Shown here: positions 11,248 to 23,986 of the stretch, piece by piece
How positions within the stretch are numbered: the stretch's first letter is position 1
Layout: each line of letters opens with the position of its first letter
Assembly (NCBI RefSeq): GCF_009914755.1
Contig: NC_060927.1
Reading direction: 5' to 3' (one strand)
Source of the DNA: the human T2T-CHM13v2.0 reference genome, Homo sapiens
Length of the DNA stretch: 64,000 nt
The notes under the pieces: model-generated
The model's database searches: none
Told to the model about the DNA's origin: nothing
The model's input: the letters and a program-made list of their open reading frames with translations, nothing else
Made by a program: the position numbers and the translations under genes

Positions 11248-14200
11248 AAATGGTAGACTTTTTCAAGAGGAGGACATAGTTGCCCAGGAGACCCCTCCAG
11301 CATGGCCAAGAGTGAGATGGTTTATGATCTACAGAGAAAGGGGATGTGAAGGTGTGTGAGAGGCAGCTCCTGCCAAAGGTGGATCTAGGACATCCTGAAA
11401 CCCACACCTGGAAAGAGAGCTTTATTCTTATGCTTCCCAGATTTCGTTTATTTCCTTCTTGTTTCCGTATTGCTTTTCATAAAATGATTGTAAATGTCAG
11501 ATCATATCAGCTGTGCTGACTGTGGCTGACTTTAGAAGGCCTGGGTGAGGGTCAGTGGAGGGCCCCGAAGGGGATCTCAGGGAGGAGGGACAGAGGAGAA
11601 GCTCTTCTGCACTCTCCAGGGGCCTGCACTTGTTTCTCTGTGGGAAGCTGAACCTCCACAGGTGTTACAGCTAATGTTGGCTTAAGACCTTGTTCTCAAA
11701 CTTTTCTTCAGCCACAGAGTCCCTTTGAAAAAACTGTTTTTCCCTAATATAAAACAACCCCCCAAATGCAGCTGTTCCGGCTGAGAAGAGAGCCTCAAGA
11801 CCTCAGTCTCCTCAGCCCTGGAGCAGCCCCTAAAACACTACCATGGACTTGCTGTGAGACTCTTTGAAAGCTGTTACAATGCCCATCATGACATGCCCCT
11901 GCCCTTCAACATCTCAAACCAAAGGGCCGCAGGGACAACTGGTGGGTGGCGTGAAGGGCAGGCAGCCTCTAGGGCTCAGCCCTAGCCTTTCGTAGTGGAC
12001 AAGAGAAGCTGCTGCTTCAAGCCAAGTTGCTCCATGTCTTCTCTTCTTAACTAAGTTCCTCCTGCTGGTGCTGGCCTTTTACGCCCAGCCTGTCAAAGGC
12101 TTCACCTCACCTACTGGGCCCCCAGAAGGCTCTCTGAGACTGGAAGCTGCAGACTGAAGGTTCATGCTTCCTGGAGGTTCACCGCACACTCCACCACCCG
12201 GGCAGCCTCACCTTCCCCTTGCACCAGGCCGGGCTCTCTTCTCACATCCCCCCTAGCCTTCAGGCATATACTGTACACAGACAGACACATACAGAGTTGC
12301 ACACAAATACTCAGACATACACAGACACAGATACACACACACAGAGGGTTATAAGGTCAGAGGAGTGAACTATCTGATGATATTTGCTTCAAATCATGCC
12401 CACAGGCATGAGCTGAATTCAGATTCTTGAAAAGTTCATCTGAGACTGGGAAAGATTTTAATGGGTGAATTATTTTTATTTCTGATTGAACTCCATCCCT
12501 GGGAAAATATTAAGCTCTTTCATTGCCTAATCAACCTCCTGTCTTAAGCAGATCCTGCTACAAGTCCTAGCTAGCTACTCCCAGCCCATTGAGGAATCCA
12601 GTTGTTTCCGGGCCCACATTTTTGTTCCAAGCATAGGGTCAACATGAATGAAAATTTAACCATGGGAGATCACAGATTTGGCTACCACCTGGGCTGAGGT
12701 GAAGGAGAAGATTCACCTCACATGCCAGCTCTGACTTTGATTAGTAGCAAGGCCTAGAATATTGTGTTGAGAAGGATTCTGAGGCTGTGCATGAACTCAG
12801 CAGGAAAGGGATGGGGTGGGTAATTAGGGATGCCTGCCAGGGTCATGAAACAAGACCGTGGTGACGCAAATGTCGGAGATTTGTTTTCCCTGATATCCAT
12901 CATGAGTGAGGACAACATGTGCCAGGGGAATTACCAAAGTCAGAGGTCAACATCGATGAGGGTCATTCTGTGTGAATGCAGGGCAGGGACACCAGGGTGC
13001 TGTCCTGGAAAAGGAGGCAACCACACAGTCAGGCAGACCCAGTCACCAGGCATCACCAGGAAGCTCAGGATAGCAATACAAGCAGACAGACAGAGACACA
13101 GGCACACACACAGACCAGTACACAGACACACACCTGGCACAGAAAGCAGGGAAGGCACACACATAGGCCTGGAAGCTCAGAGGAGGAGGTCTCAGGCCAG
13201 CAGGGATGACTTAGACAGGCTGCAGGACTGTGCGTGTATATGTGCATGCATGTCATATATGTGGCGAAAGAGCCCATGGAGGGGTGCCCATGAAGTGAGG
13301 GGCACCAATGAAGATTCCAGCGATGTGTGTGGAGGTTGAGACTGGCTGGAGCAGTGCTTGTGAGCAAGAGACTGGAGGAACGGTAGAGAAGACAGTTAGG
13401 AATCCACAGAGGAGGCCTCGGCATGCAGCCCTCAGACAGCCCTGGGCTCAGACCCTGGCTGCACCATGCACATGACAGGGGGCTGACCTGGATGGAGTAC
13501 TCAGGCTTTCTGATGCCGGGTTCCTTGTCTGAGAAACACGACTGTGAAGAGTGCCTCCCTCCTAGGACCGTAGAAGGGACTGTCACAGGAAAGTGGTCCT
13601 GGGGTCACTGCTATGTGGACCATCAAGGAAGGGGGAGGGGTGAAAGGGAAAGCCTTATTCCAGCAGGAGAAGGCTGGGGAGAGGAGATACCTGCCTTCTT
13701 TTACAGTTCTGTTTTGGCCAGAAGCTGCCACAGGACAGGGGCCCGGGCTCTAAGTGACTGCACTGACTTGAATTTCACTAAGTCAAGGGAAGACCTCATG
13801 ATGCTCCAGAGGAGCAACCCGGCTCTGGGGAAGGGACCACTGCCTGCCTCCATCCAGGAAGAGTGGCCCTGGGGAGAAGATGGAAGCCAGCCCAGGAGCC
13901 CTGTCTCCAGACTATGGAGACAGGATGAAGGGGTTCTGCTGCCTCCGCTCACTCTCTCTCCCCAGCTTCCAGTGGCTCCTGGCAGGCCCTGCCCTCTGAC
14001 CTCCCACCTCCTCTGGCTTCTCGGCCCATCTTGTCTTCCTCTAACTTTGATATGCAGTCACTGAGGGATGGCAGGAAATGCTCGGAGGCCATAGAGCTCT
14101 GATCTCTTCAGGGAGTCAAGGCCATTAAGAGCTCTGGCTCTTGTGGCCCTCATAAGACAGGAGATGCCTGGGCCCAGGGCTGCTGACCCACCTGCATGCC

Positions 14201-14279
14201 TGGGGCTTATCCTCTCTAGACTATGTATGGGGCAGGGGCCCCACAGGCTGGCAGATTGCACAGAACTAAATTAGAAGCA

Positions 14280-14475
14280 CAGAATTTGAAGGCGGACAGC
14301 CCTGCATACCTGGAGCAAGCCACTTGTACTCCTGAGCCTCAGCATCCTTATCTGTGAAGTGGGCATGAACATAGTACCTGCTGGCAAGGCTGCCATGAAG
14401 AGGCCCCCAGGTCAGGCATGGGAGGCTTTCAGCTCAGTACCTGGCACAAGTCAGGCCTCAGGAAATCTAGCTGCT
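14280..14475 (+). mobile_element. MIR SINE
   Basis: gagcaagccacttgtactcctgagcctcagcatccttatctgtgaagtggg...agtacctggcaca. Confidence 0.65.
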
Positions 14476-14640
14476 CTCACTGTGCCCACTGGATCTTTGC
14501 TGTTTCGTTTGCTGTTACCCGGCAGAAAGAGGCATTGCACCTATGTGCACATCTCAGCCCCCTGTTCCTCTGCTTCTCCTGGATCTTGTGGTCAGGGTGG
14601 TGCACAAGTGGAGTCTGATGGACCAGAACCTCCTGCTCAC

Positions 14641-14778
14641 CTCATTCAAGCTGGAAATGAGACCCGATGAAGAACTGGAGAGCCCAAAGCGCTTCTCAAT
14701 GGTGGTGAGGCTGCTCTTGAAGTAGGCGCTGTACAGGAGTTGGCAGAGCTGCAGGAGGCCTTGGCAGAGCACAAACAC
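14641..14778 (-). CDS. SLCO2A1: SLCO2A1 (prostaglandin transporter, OATP2A1) coding exon 2, 138 nt, phase 0-0
   Basis: Translates to [46 protein letters not shown], the recognisable TM1 and 'TTIEKRF' region of SLCO2A1. Acceptor is ...catcactcttcccccAG (AG = 14779-14780, reverse complement). Donor is GAG|GTGAGC (GT = 14639-14640). Confidence 0.97.
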
Positions 14779-16420
14779 CTGGGGGAAGAGTGATGGGCCC
14801 GTGAGGTTTCTGGACGACAAGCCCTGGCGCCCTCCCAGCCATCTGTTAGGGGCCCCGGCAGGCTGACCTCTGTTTCCTCGCCTGTTATCTAGGAGCAGTT
14901 ACTTCCCAGGGTCTCCAGGATGAAACGTCATCATTGCAACATTGTGTTGCACCCTACAGGAAGCACTCCTAAAGTGCTAGCCATTCCTGTTATTACTGCA
15001 TTCTTATCACTGCTGTGATATGTGGCCCAGTGAAACCACAGGGTGTTGAAGATATGACAGGGTTGGGGACTCACCCCCAAGGGAAGGGCCTAACTGCTCA
15101 GCTGAGCATCTTGGATTATTCCCCAACAGCACCACAGTGCTCCACAGGCTGCACATCTGCCCTCCTCCTGTGCCCTGTGAGGGCTGAAGGCCACTCCCCA
15201 TCCAATTCAGACCACTCTTGGGAGATGAACAAGCCCGGGTCACATGGATCCATCTCTCTTGACCTGTCTTCCATTCCCAACACCTGTCCTCTGAGGCCCA
15301 CCTCTAATGCCTCCAGTAAGGCACCATGATGCAATCCCCAAAGCACCTGGTTTGAATGAATGTTCCCATCCATGTCCTCATCTCTTACCAGGACTATCTT
15401 GGCCTCTCAGGAATGTCTGTGACTGACTGTGCTTGCTGCCTGCTCAATGGATGATCAAGGCCCCAGGGAAGGGGCCAAGGCCATTTATCTCTGTATCTCA
15501 CCTGGCCTCGTACCTGGTCCTGGGGTACTGAGTAAATGTGAGTTCCATGGTGGATGGGAACAGATAACACATCAGGGAGGGTAGGAGAAGGGTTTCATGA
15601 TGTCCCTAGTTGGCTCCAGGCTGAGCTCTGGGCTCCCCCAGGTTCTCAGCTGTTGCGCTGGCACCGAACAGGCTCTGAGCCAGGAGTCCTATTCTCAAGC
15701 ATCTCCTGGAAGGCGCCCCTCTGGGTGAGGTTTTCCTCCAGGGAAGGGTGAGTGCTGTGCCATTTCACAGTCTTCCAAAGCTCTTTCCATGAATGAACAG
15801 CTGGCATCACAGGAAAGCAACCGGGGCTCCACCTTCATTTCCATTTCCTTCCGAAGCTGAGCCTTCCTCTATAGGTGCCCTTGTTCCAGGTTGTGGGGTT
15901 TCCTTCCTGCCAGGGCAGAACCTTTGCGAGGCCAGCTTGGGATGTCAGACAGAGCCCAGAACTCACTGCCTATCCATGTGTCCATGCTCACAGCCTCCAG
16001 GTCTGGAGAGGTCTTTACACCCACAAAACCAGACACCTCTCCTGACTGCCACCTGAACCTGTGTGGCCACCCCACTCCTCCCAGGTGGTAGAAGGAAGCC
16101 TGCCTGTCTGGGGGCATGGTGGCACTCCACCCCTGCCATGCTAGAGAGGCTCCACTGGGCTTTCTTTTGTATTCTGAAATTCTTCTTAATATTTTGTAAT
16201 AATGTCATCCCACTCTCTTTTCACAAATGGGGAAACTGAAGTCCAGCAAGGGGTAACCCAAGTGCCCAACCCATGCCCTGTATGCAGTAGGCACTTTGGG
16301 GCTTAGATGCTAGTCACCTGACGCTTGGCATGGACCAGATCTGGACCTGCCTCTTATTCAACAGAGCAAGCTTAGCCAGAAAGGGTGCTGTCTCTGTCTA
16401 GAGACAGAGTTTAGAGTTTA

Positions 16421-16541
16421 GGGGGCATTAGTCTTTAGGGAATGGTCAGAGGAGGAGAATCTGGCGAGGCATCTGAGGTCAAATTGCCTCGTTCCTAGGT
16501 CTGGCCTGGACCAGGGAACAATCTCGGTTTGTGTGTGCTTT
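16421..16541. repeat. Left arm of a 121-bp inverted repeat (partner 17337-17457)
   Basis: Manual alignment to the reverse complement of 17337-17457 is ungapped with ~15 mismatches in 121 nt. Confidence 0.92.
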
Positions 16542-16589
16542 TCCCCCTTCTGTGCCCTGGGTTTTCCCAACTGCAAGGTAACTGGACTA

Positions 16590-16785
16590 AGTCAATGGTT
16601 CATAACTCAGCTTTGATTCAAAATCACATGGATGGGGAGGTGGGAGTGCCTTTGAAACACAGAGGCTAGGCCCAAGCTCAGATCTACTGAATCAAAATCA
16701 GCAGGAGTGAAGCCTCAAATGCTTTATTTGGAAAACTTCTACCAGCAGAGTCTGGGGGACAACGTGGTTTCCAGTCACCGGACTA
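16590..16785. mobile_element. MER5-like hAT DNA transposon remnant
   Basis: Contains the MER5-like core ctcagatctactgaatcaaaatc, with ggactaa/ggactag-like flanks. Confidence 0.55.
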
Positions 16786-16854
16786 GAAGACTCTTTCTGG
16801 CTCTGACCATCCTTGTAAAGGGTAAGATGTGAAAGATTAGAAAAAGAAAAGCAA

Positions 16855-17187
<333 letters not shown>

Positions 17188-17336
17188 CTAATCCATAGGA
17201 ATTGCCACTATAAGGCTGAAGGAAAGACAAGAGCCACATTATAGGTTATAGGTTATAAGAAAGCAGCACAAGACTGTGACAGTGATGGGGATGGGATTTG
17301 TCAACGTTCTGTCATTTTCCATGGAAACAGGACACC

Positions 17337-17457
17337 AAAGCTCACTTGAACCCAGATTGTTCCCTGGTCCAGGCCAGACCTGGGAAAGAGACAATTTGAC
17401 TTCAGATGCCTTGCCAGATCTTCCTCCTCTAACCACTCCCTAAAGACTAATGCTCCC
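17337..17457. repeat. Right arm of a 121-bp inverted repeat (partner 16421-16541)
   Basis: Includes a perfect 28-bp block, agattgttccctggtccaggccagacct, which is the reverse complement of aggtctggcctggaccagggaacaatct. Confidence 0.92.
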
Positions 17458-17589
17458 AAAGCCTGCCTGTAGACCCCTTCTCTGGACATGATCCATTCTG
17501 CACCTGCTCATAGGCAATCCCATTTGCCATAGGATGATGGCCTCCAATCTCAGTTCTGTACCCAGAACTTTCGCCAGAGTTTTGCAAGC

Positions 17590-18060
17590 AGGTCCACTCC
17601 ACTGTCTGCTAGACGTATCCACCTGGACACTCCTAGGCCCCTCAAACTAATCACTTCCCAAATAGGACTCATCATCTTCCCCCATAAACTGCTCCCATTT
17701 TTCCTTCATTCCCCATCACCTTCACTCAGTTTCCCAAGCCAGAAACCAATAATCCTTCTTGATGTCCCTCCTCCTCACCCTCTGGTGTTTGCCCCATCCC
17801 TCAGCCCCATGGTCTCTTCTTGGTGTCTCCCACATTGGAGCCCTGCCTCTTCTACTGGTGTAAGCCTTGGCTCAGGCCCTCACCATCCCTCCTCAGATCA
17901 CTGCAACAGCCTCTCACAGGTCCCCTGCTTGCTCCTCTCAAATCTTCCACCACACCACCCCAGGGGGAGCTTTCTCAAGCACAAACACGAGCAGGTCATG
18001 ACTGAATTGGCCTCTCTCACTGGCGTCCCATTTTCTATAAGGTAAAAACCAACACTGCTG
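17590..18060 (+). mobile_element. L2 LINE fragment
   Basis: ccctcaaactaatcacttcccaaataggactcatcatcttcccc; cactgcaacagcctctcacaggtccc. Confidence 0.65.
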
Positions 18061-18149
18061 TTAGCCAAACAGCTGTGTTGGTTTGTGAGGGGTGATAGCC
18101 AAGATGCTACAGTCCTGGACCCAGCCTGCCTCCATATTTTCTGCTGAGA

Positions 18150-18683
18150 CTGATCATATTTTGCAAAGATGGCCACACCAATCTCTCCCATCCACATACA
18201 CCTCTTACAATGACACTCTATCAAGGGGTGGGTTCTGTGTTCTCTCCCTCTGAATATGGGCCAATCTTAGCTACTTGCTTCTAATGAAGAGAAGTGATGC
18301 TATGTGACTTCCGAGGCTGGATCCTAAAAGTGGACAAAGAATCTGGCTGGCTCTTTCTCCCTTGAGACCCTTAGTACCCCGACATTACATCATAAGGAAG
18401 CCCAGTCTTCCTTACTCATGGCGAGGCCACACGTTAATGTTCCACGGATAACTCGGTTCAGATTTTGGTCCTCAGCCAGCATCAACCACCAGACATGTTA
18501 CTGAGCCAGCTTTCAGATGATTCCAGTCCCAGCCCTCGATGCCAAGTGAAGCAGAAATGAGCTACCCCAATGAGCCCTGTGCAGGTTGAAGATTTGTCAG
18601 ATTTGTCAGCAACCTAAATGTGGCCATTGTTTTAAGCACCAAGTTTTGGATTGTTCTGGTATGCAGCATTAGACAGCTGCAGC
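18150..18683 (+). mobile_element. MaLR MLT1-type solo LTR
   Basis: Contains agaagtgatgctatgtgacttccgaggctgg and the 3' end tgttttaagcaccaagttttgg...tatgcagcattagacagctg. Subfamily uncertain. Confidence 0.75.
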
Positions 18684-20287
18684 ACCTGCTGCCACCTTGT
18701 CCTTCAAACACATCAAGGTCACACTCTCAGAGTTCCCTGAAGGCCCTATGTCAGTGCCTTTGCTCACAGTCTTCCCCTTCTTTGTCTGGATAACTTCCCC
18801 TGCCCTTCAGGAGCAGTGTGGGGCCCAGCATGGAGATCAGTTGTGTGTCTAGTTCAAGGTTGCTTCTAAAAATCCCAGCACCCTGTGCTGACTCCTGTAC
18901 AGAAGCATCTGAAGGATTGGCACATGGCTGGTGGCAAGAGTAGCATCTAGCAGAGGAATGAGGGCTGTCATACAGCTTTGGGAGAGACGAGGGCTGGCTG
19001 GGGTAGTGGGTCTGGAGAGGCACCAAATTAGAGGCTCTTGCAAAGGCTGGCTTGACACCGCTGTCACCGATTCAACGTGAAAGAAGAGACGGGGCTGTTT
19101 CCAGCCTGAGGGCCAGGAAGAGGTCAAAGGCATGCATGCATGGAAACGGGGGATCCAGAAGGAGGAGAGCATAAGGAGATCAAGGACTGAGAGTTCAGTT
19201 ATGGAGCACTTGAGTTTCTGAGCTTGAGGCTTAGAAAAACCAGTCTCCCTCCATCCAAATTAGTAATGAATTAACAGGAGTGACTAATCATCACCAACTT
19301 CTCCAGTTGTCTCATGAGAGGAAGATGGGGATGGTGGGAGAGGAAATTTGTCTCAGATCTTTTCCTGAAAGACATGCCTCTAAGTACAGAAATTCCCCCA
19401 CTTTCTCCCCCGTGCTACTGGGTGAAAGACTCTAGCCAGAGCTGGCTCCTTTCCACATCCCCCACCCCTTCACAGAGCCAATCTCGCCACCAGCTATTGG
19501 CCCCTGCAAGCCCTGTCAGGTCTGGGTGCCTCATGGGGGCCCTGGCAGAGGTGTTTGTATATATCTGGACCCCTTGGTTCCAGTGGATATGGAGAGGGAT
19601 CAGATTGATGGCTGCAAGGTAGAAAAGGCAGGGAGAAAAGGCAGGGAAAAGGGAAGGAAGTCGATGGATGGTTCTGTCAGGGCCACTCAGGGTCACAGCC
19701 ATCTGGCCCCACATACTAAGCTTATGTGATGGGACCATGACCTCGGCTGCTCGAACTTACCAAGTACCTCCTATATGGCCAGCATGTGACAGAGCAAGCA
19801 ACACTTGACACCGTGCAGATAAAACACAAGCCCATCCCTTGAGGAGGACACAGGTTCAAGAGTACATGGAGATGTATTGGTGGGAGGAAAAGGTTTGCTA
19901 GTTGGGTTGCAACCTACCCTTCCCCATTATTTAGGCAATATAGTGTTATAGTTTTTGATGATTTGAGTTTTGGAGTCAAACAGGCCTAGGTTCAGGTCTT
20001 GACTTTGTAAGCCATGGTGTGACCTTTGGCTACCAACTGGGTCTCCTTGAGCAGCAGGTTTTCCCATTAGCAAGTGAAAACTATGATAACACCTGAGTTG
20101 TGAGGCTTGCACCACAGAATGTTGCAGGCCCCTGCCACCTGCCCGGCCCACACCTTGCCTGGTGAGTGCTCCACATCCTGGAGGGATATTCAGTAACTTG
20201 AAGCTACCTCCACTCCCTCCTCTTGCCCTCTGAGTAATTTAACTTCCCGGTTGCTTTCAGTTCTCCGGTAGTCTGAGAACCCTAGAA

Positions 20288-20580
20288 TAGAATTTCCCAC
20301 AATGTGTTACCAGAACATCACTTGCTTAAGATGCTCTAGGCCAAACAACTCCCTGGAGAAAACAAATTGGAAAACATAACGTACTACAATCCTCCCTCAC
20401 GAATATGTGCAATCACATTTGCATATTAAAGGTTCTGAGTTCCGTAGTAAAGACTTAGTTAAGTTGTTTAAGTCAACTTTCCCATGCTTCTTTAACTATG
20501 TAACTCCGCATCCACACACACATCACCACTACTTTATAATAGATGCTAGCACTCTCCAGAATACACTTTATGGAAAGATA
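20288..20580. mobile_element. hAT-Charlie type MER element (MER112-like)
   Basis: Starts with tttcccacaatgtgtt and contains gcatattaaaggttctgag...agtaaagac...gtttaag. Family assignment is from recall. Confidence 0.45.
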
Positions 20581-21164
20581 ACATGTGCCTTTTATAAAAC
20601 ACCTTTGGTAGAATTTGAGTCTTGCAATTTCTTCACAAAAGGAAAAGAAAATGAAGATGAATTACACGGGCTGCATTATCTTCTTTAAAATGGTATATAC
20701 CATCATTTTCTATCTCCTCACTCGACTTTTTTTCTTTTCTCGGCATGTATTGCTTCCCCAAATTACATCATGCGTTTGATTTCTCATTTATTGACATTTC
20801 CTCCCACCAGAATATAGACTTCATGGTGGAAATACAATGTGTGTTTTTTAGAACAAATCCACAGTGCATGAAATGATGCCCAGTTCAAAATTGGGGCTCA
20901 ATCTTTGTCAAATGAACAATATGTCTATAAAGTACTCTAACTGATAAGTCCAAGCTCCAGAATATACATCCACCACAGTAGTCATTCTGGGAGGCTGCAG
21001 ACTTGTTCCAGTGGTCTGTCTGCAATCATTTATACATTTGCCCCTTTGGTGCTGCTTCTGATCAATCTACAAGCCACACAACTTACAAGGCACAAAACAG
21101 CATTTGTCAGTTCAGCTGCCCTACTTACTTACTTGGCTAAACCCAAACTGAAATAAGATTTGCA

Positions 21165-21325
21165 GCCATGTATGAAGGGACTTTCTACCGTGGTGGAAAT
21201 ATTCTACTTTTTAATTTTGTGGTGGTATTTATACAGGTTTATACATTTGTCAAAACTCAACAAATATTTAAAGTGTGTGCATTTTATTATATGTAAACTA
21301 GATACCTCAATAAAGTTGGCTAAAG
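21165..21325 (+). mobile_element. L1ME-type 3' end
   Basis: atacatttgtcaaaactca...gtgcattttattatatgtaaactagatacctcaataaag. Confidence 0.75.
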
Positions 21326-22263
21326 AAGAAATTCATTTGAAAAAAGATTTGCAACCATGAGGTATTCAAAATAATGTTCTGGGGCTTTGAAGGGAATTTG
21401 ACAAACAGTTTTTTGTTTTTTGTTTTTTGTTTTTTCAATCATGAGCATTGGCAATGTCATTGGAATAACTTTGTTTATTCAAGAGTCCTATTTTGACAGG
21501 TTCAAAACCCAGGCAAATATCTAGGTTTGTGTGTGTGTGCTAATCTAAACATCTAGGTTGACAAGGGCTGTGCGTGTGTGTTAAGGTAAACACATCACTT
21601 GAGACACATCTTATAGAAGGAAGCTGGCAGAGAAACCCCACAGAGGACGAGCAACATTCTTGCAGGGCAGGGAGGGCAGGAGGCACTCAGGCTTCTAACT
21701 GTCAAGGCCATGCTCATGACGGCCTCATTCATTCTCCAATCCTAACAAACATATAAAGAGGAAGGAAGCGGGGAAACTGGAGTGGCCACGAAGTTCTTTA
21801 ATAAAGAGAGAACTTTTTACCACCCGTGTCAAAGAGCTAAGAAAGGCTAAAAAGCTACTGAGATGCAAGGTAAATTTGGGGGTGTGGGGGACTTGGCCCA
21901 AGCCACGCTTCAGTGACATAAGTGAGATGACCATGGTGGATAAGCCACAGGACAAGGAGGGAGGCTCCCACAGCTCAGGATGAAGGAGAAAGCATCAAAG
22001 AACAGTCTAGACATGGCTTTTTTTGATCTACATGTTCATGCCTCTCTTTTCCAAACTAAACATCGGAACTACGATCTAACCATTGTTAGGTCACAGTGGC
22101 ATCTAACCGTGGTTATAGGAACACCAGCGGAAGGTCTGAAATGTGATCCCCATAGGGTTATTACCTATTTAATGACTGACTGTGCTGTCAACCCACTCTG
22201 ATGTTTTCCACACAAACCCCAGGGAAGGAAGACTAGAAAATTTCAACTGATGTCTTATGTCCA

Positions 22264-22888
22264 TGTAAACCAAAAATAAAATTCAAAGCCCCCCCCCCCG
22301 CCCCCGCCCCGCCACCCCCACCCATCCCCATTGTGAATGGACTTCCTCCTCAGCCAGAGTACTCTTAAAATTTAACCTGAAAGACTGGTTCAGGTCTCGA
22401 CAGGAAGTGGGGGTCAGACAGACCTCATTATACCTCTCTGGCATTAACATCAACACAGACCTGAAGTCTGATAAGAAACATGTAGAATCGATTCTCTCTG
22501 AAGCCAGCCGGCTACCTGGAGGCTTCATCTGTCTGATAAAACCCTGGTCTCCACAACCTCTTATCGCAACCCAGACATTTCCTTTCTATTGTTCCCAGGT
22601 CTTTAGATAAACTCAACCAATGTCAATCAGAAAATTTTAAATCTACCTATAAACTGGAAGTCCTCCCCCCACCCCACTTCAAGTTGTCTCGCCTTTCTGG
22701 ACCAAACCAATGTATTTCTTAAATGTATTTGATTGAAGTCTCCTGTCTCCCTAAAATGTACAAAACCAAGCTGCGCCCTGACCACCTTGGGAACATGTTC
22801 TCAGGCCCTGTCACGGGCCATGGTCACTCATATTTGGCTCAGAATAAATCTCTTCAAATATCTTAGAGTTTGACTCTTTTCATCGATA
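22264..22888 (+). mobile_element. ERV1 solo LTR, MER4 family (copy 1)
   Basis: Runs from tgtaaaccaaaaataaaattc to gagtttgactcttttcatcgata, with AATAAA at ~22843. The 4-bp TSD is tcca (22260-22263 / 22889-22892). Confidence 0.88.
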
Positions 22889-23177
22889 TCCACTAGGATG
22901 CAACTTCTCTGAGGTGATTCAATGTACTGGAAGAGTCCAGGAGTTGGAGGAAAACCATTCAGGGCAGGAGATGTGGCTGGACTGAGACACACAGCCGGTG
23001 ACCTCTCAGTTTGAAATAACTGATTCTATCCCTAAATGGCAGCTATCTGCTTTCCCAAACAGGACTCTGACAGGGCAATCTGAATGAAACAGTTCTTCTA
23101 AAGGAAGGAAGAAAGGAGGGAGGAAAAGGGAGAAGAAAAGAACAGCACAGAAAAACCTTATTCTCACCCTCACTGAG

Positions 23178-23796
23178 TGTAAACCAGAAAGAAAATTCTA
23201 AGTATTCCCCCTCACTGCCCCAAGCATCTGAATGGACTTCCTCCTGGTCAGGGCACTCTTAAAATTTAACCTGAGAGACTGTTTCAGGCCATGACAGGAA
23301 GTGGGAGTATAATGAGGTGACATGCCTCATTATACCTCTCCAGCATTAACATTGACACAGTCTGTAAGCCTGATAAGAAACATTTTACAACCTATTCCCT
23401 CTGAAGCCTACTACTTGAAGGCTTCCTCTGCAAATAAGAACTTGGGTCTCCATAATCCTTTATTTTAACTTTACCCAGACTTTCCTTTCTATTGATCCCA
23501 GGTCTTTAGATAAACCCAACCAACTGTCAATCAGAAAATTTTTGAACCTAAACTATAGGCTGGAAGCCCCCACTGCAAGTTGTGCCGCCTTTCTGGACCA
23601 AACCAATGTATTTCTTGAATGTATTTGATCGAAGTCTCATGTCTCCCTAAAATGTATAAAACCAGCTGCACCCCGACCACCATGGCACATGTTCTCAGGA
23701 CTTACTGAGGGCTGTGTCACAGGCCATGGTCACTCACATTTGTAAAATATTTGAAGAGATGTATTCGGAGCCAGAGTTTGACTCTTTTTGTCAACA
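23178..23796 (+). mobile_element. ERV1 solo LTR, MER4 family (copy 2), with an internal micro-inversion
   Basis: Runs from tgtaaaccagaaagaaaattc to gagtttgactctttttgtcaaca. It is colinear with copy 1 except at 23742-23772. Confidence 0.88.
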
Positions 23797-23986
23797 ACAG
23801 GATGCAGGGAGGGAGAGTTCGGGGTACTGAGGACCATGCTGCTGTTCTCTGAAAGAGGGAGGGGACAGCCATGTGCTGCTGGCTTTAGTCCCTCCCAACC
23901 TCTGAAAGTCAATTTGGCCTCAGGGGACATTCTGCTCTTCTGCTCTCTAGGCCGAGCTGACTGCATACCAGACAGGTGGGAACACG

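Noticed and set aside
13423-14064. 213-aa ORF, plus neighbouring 169-aa and 173-aa ORFs at 12830-13586
   Set aside because: No recognisable domain or splice structure; partly CA-repeat-derived in GC-rich intron; consistent with chance ORFs.
22264-23796. Two MER4 LTRs as the ends of one provirus
   Set aside because: Copy 1 has its own tcca TSD, the 289-bp spacer shows no PBS, and no TSD brackets the pair.
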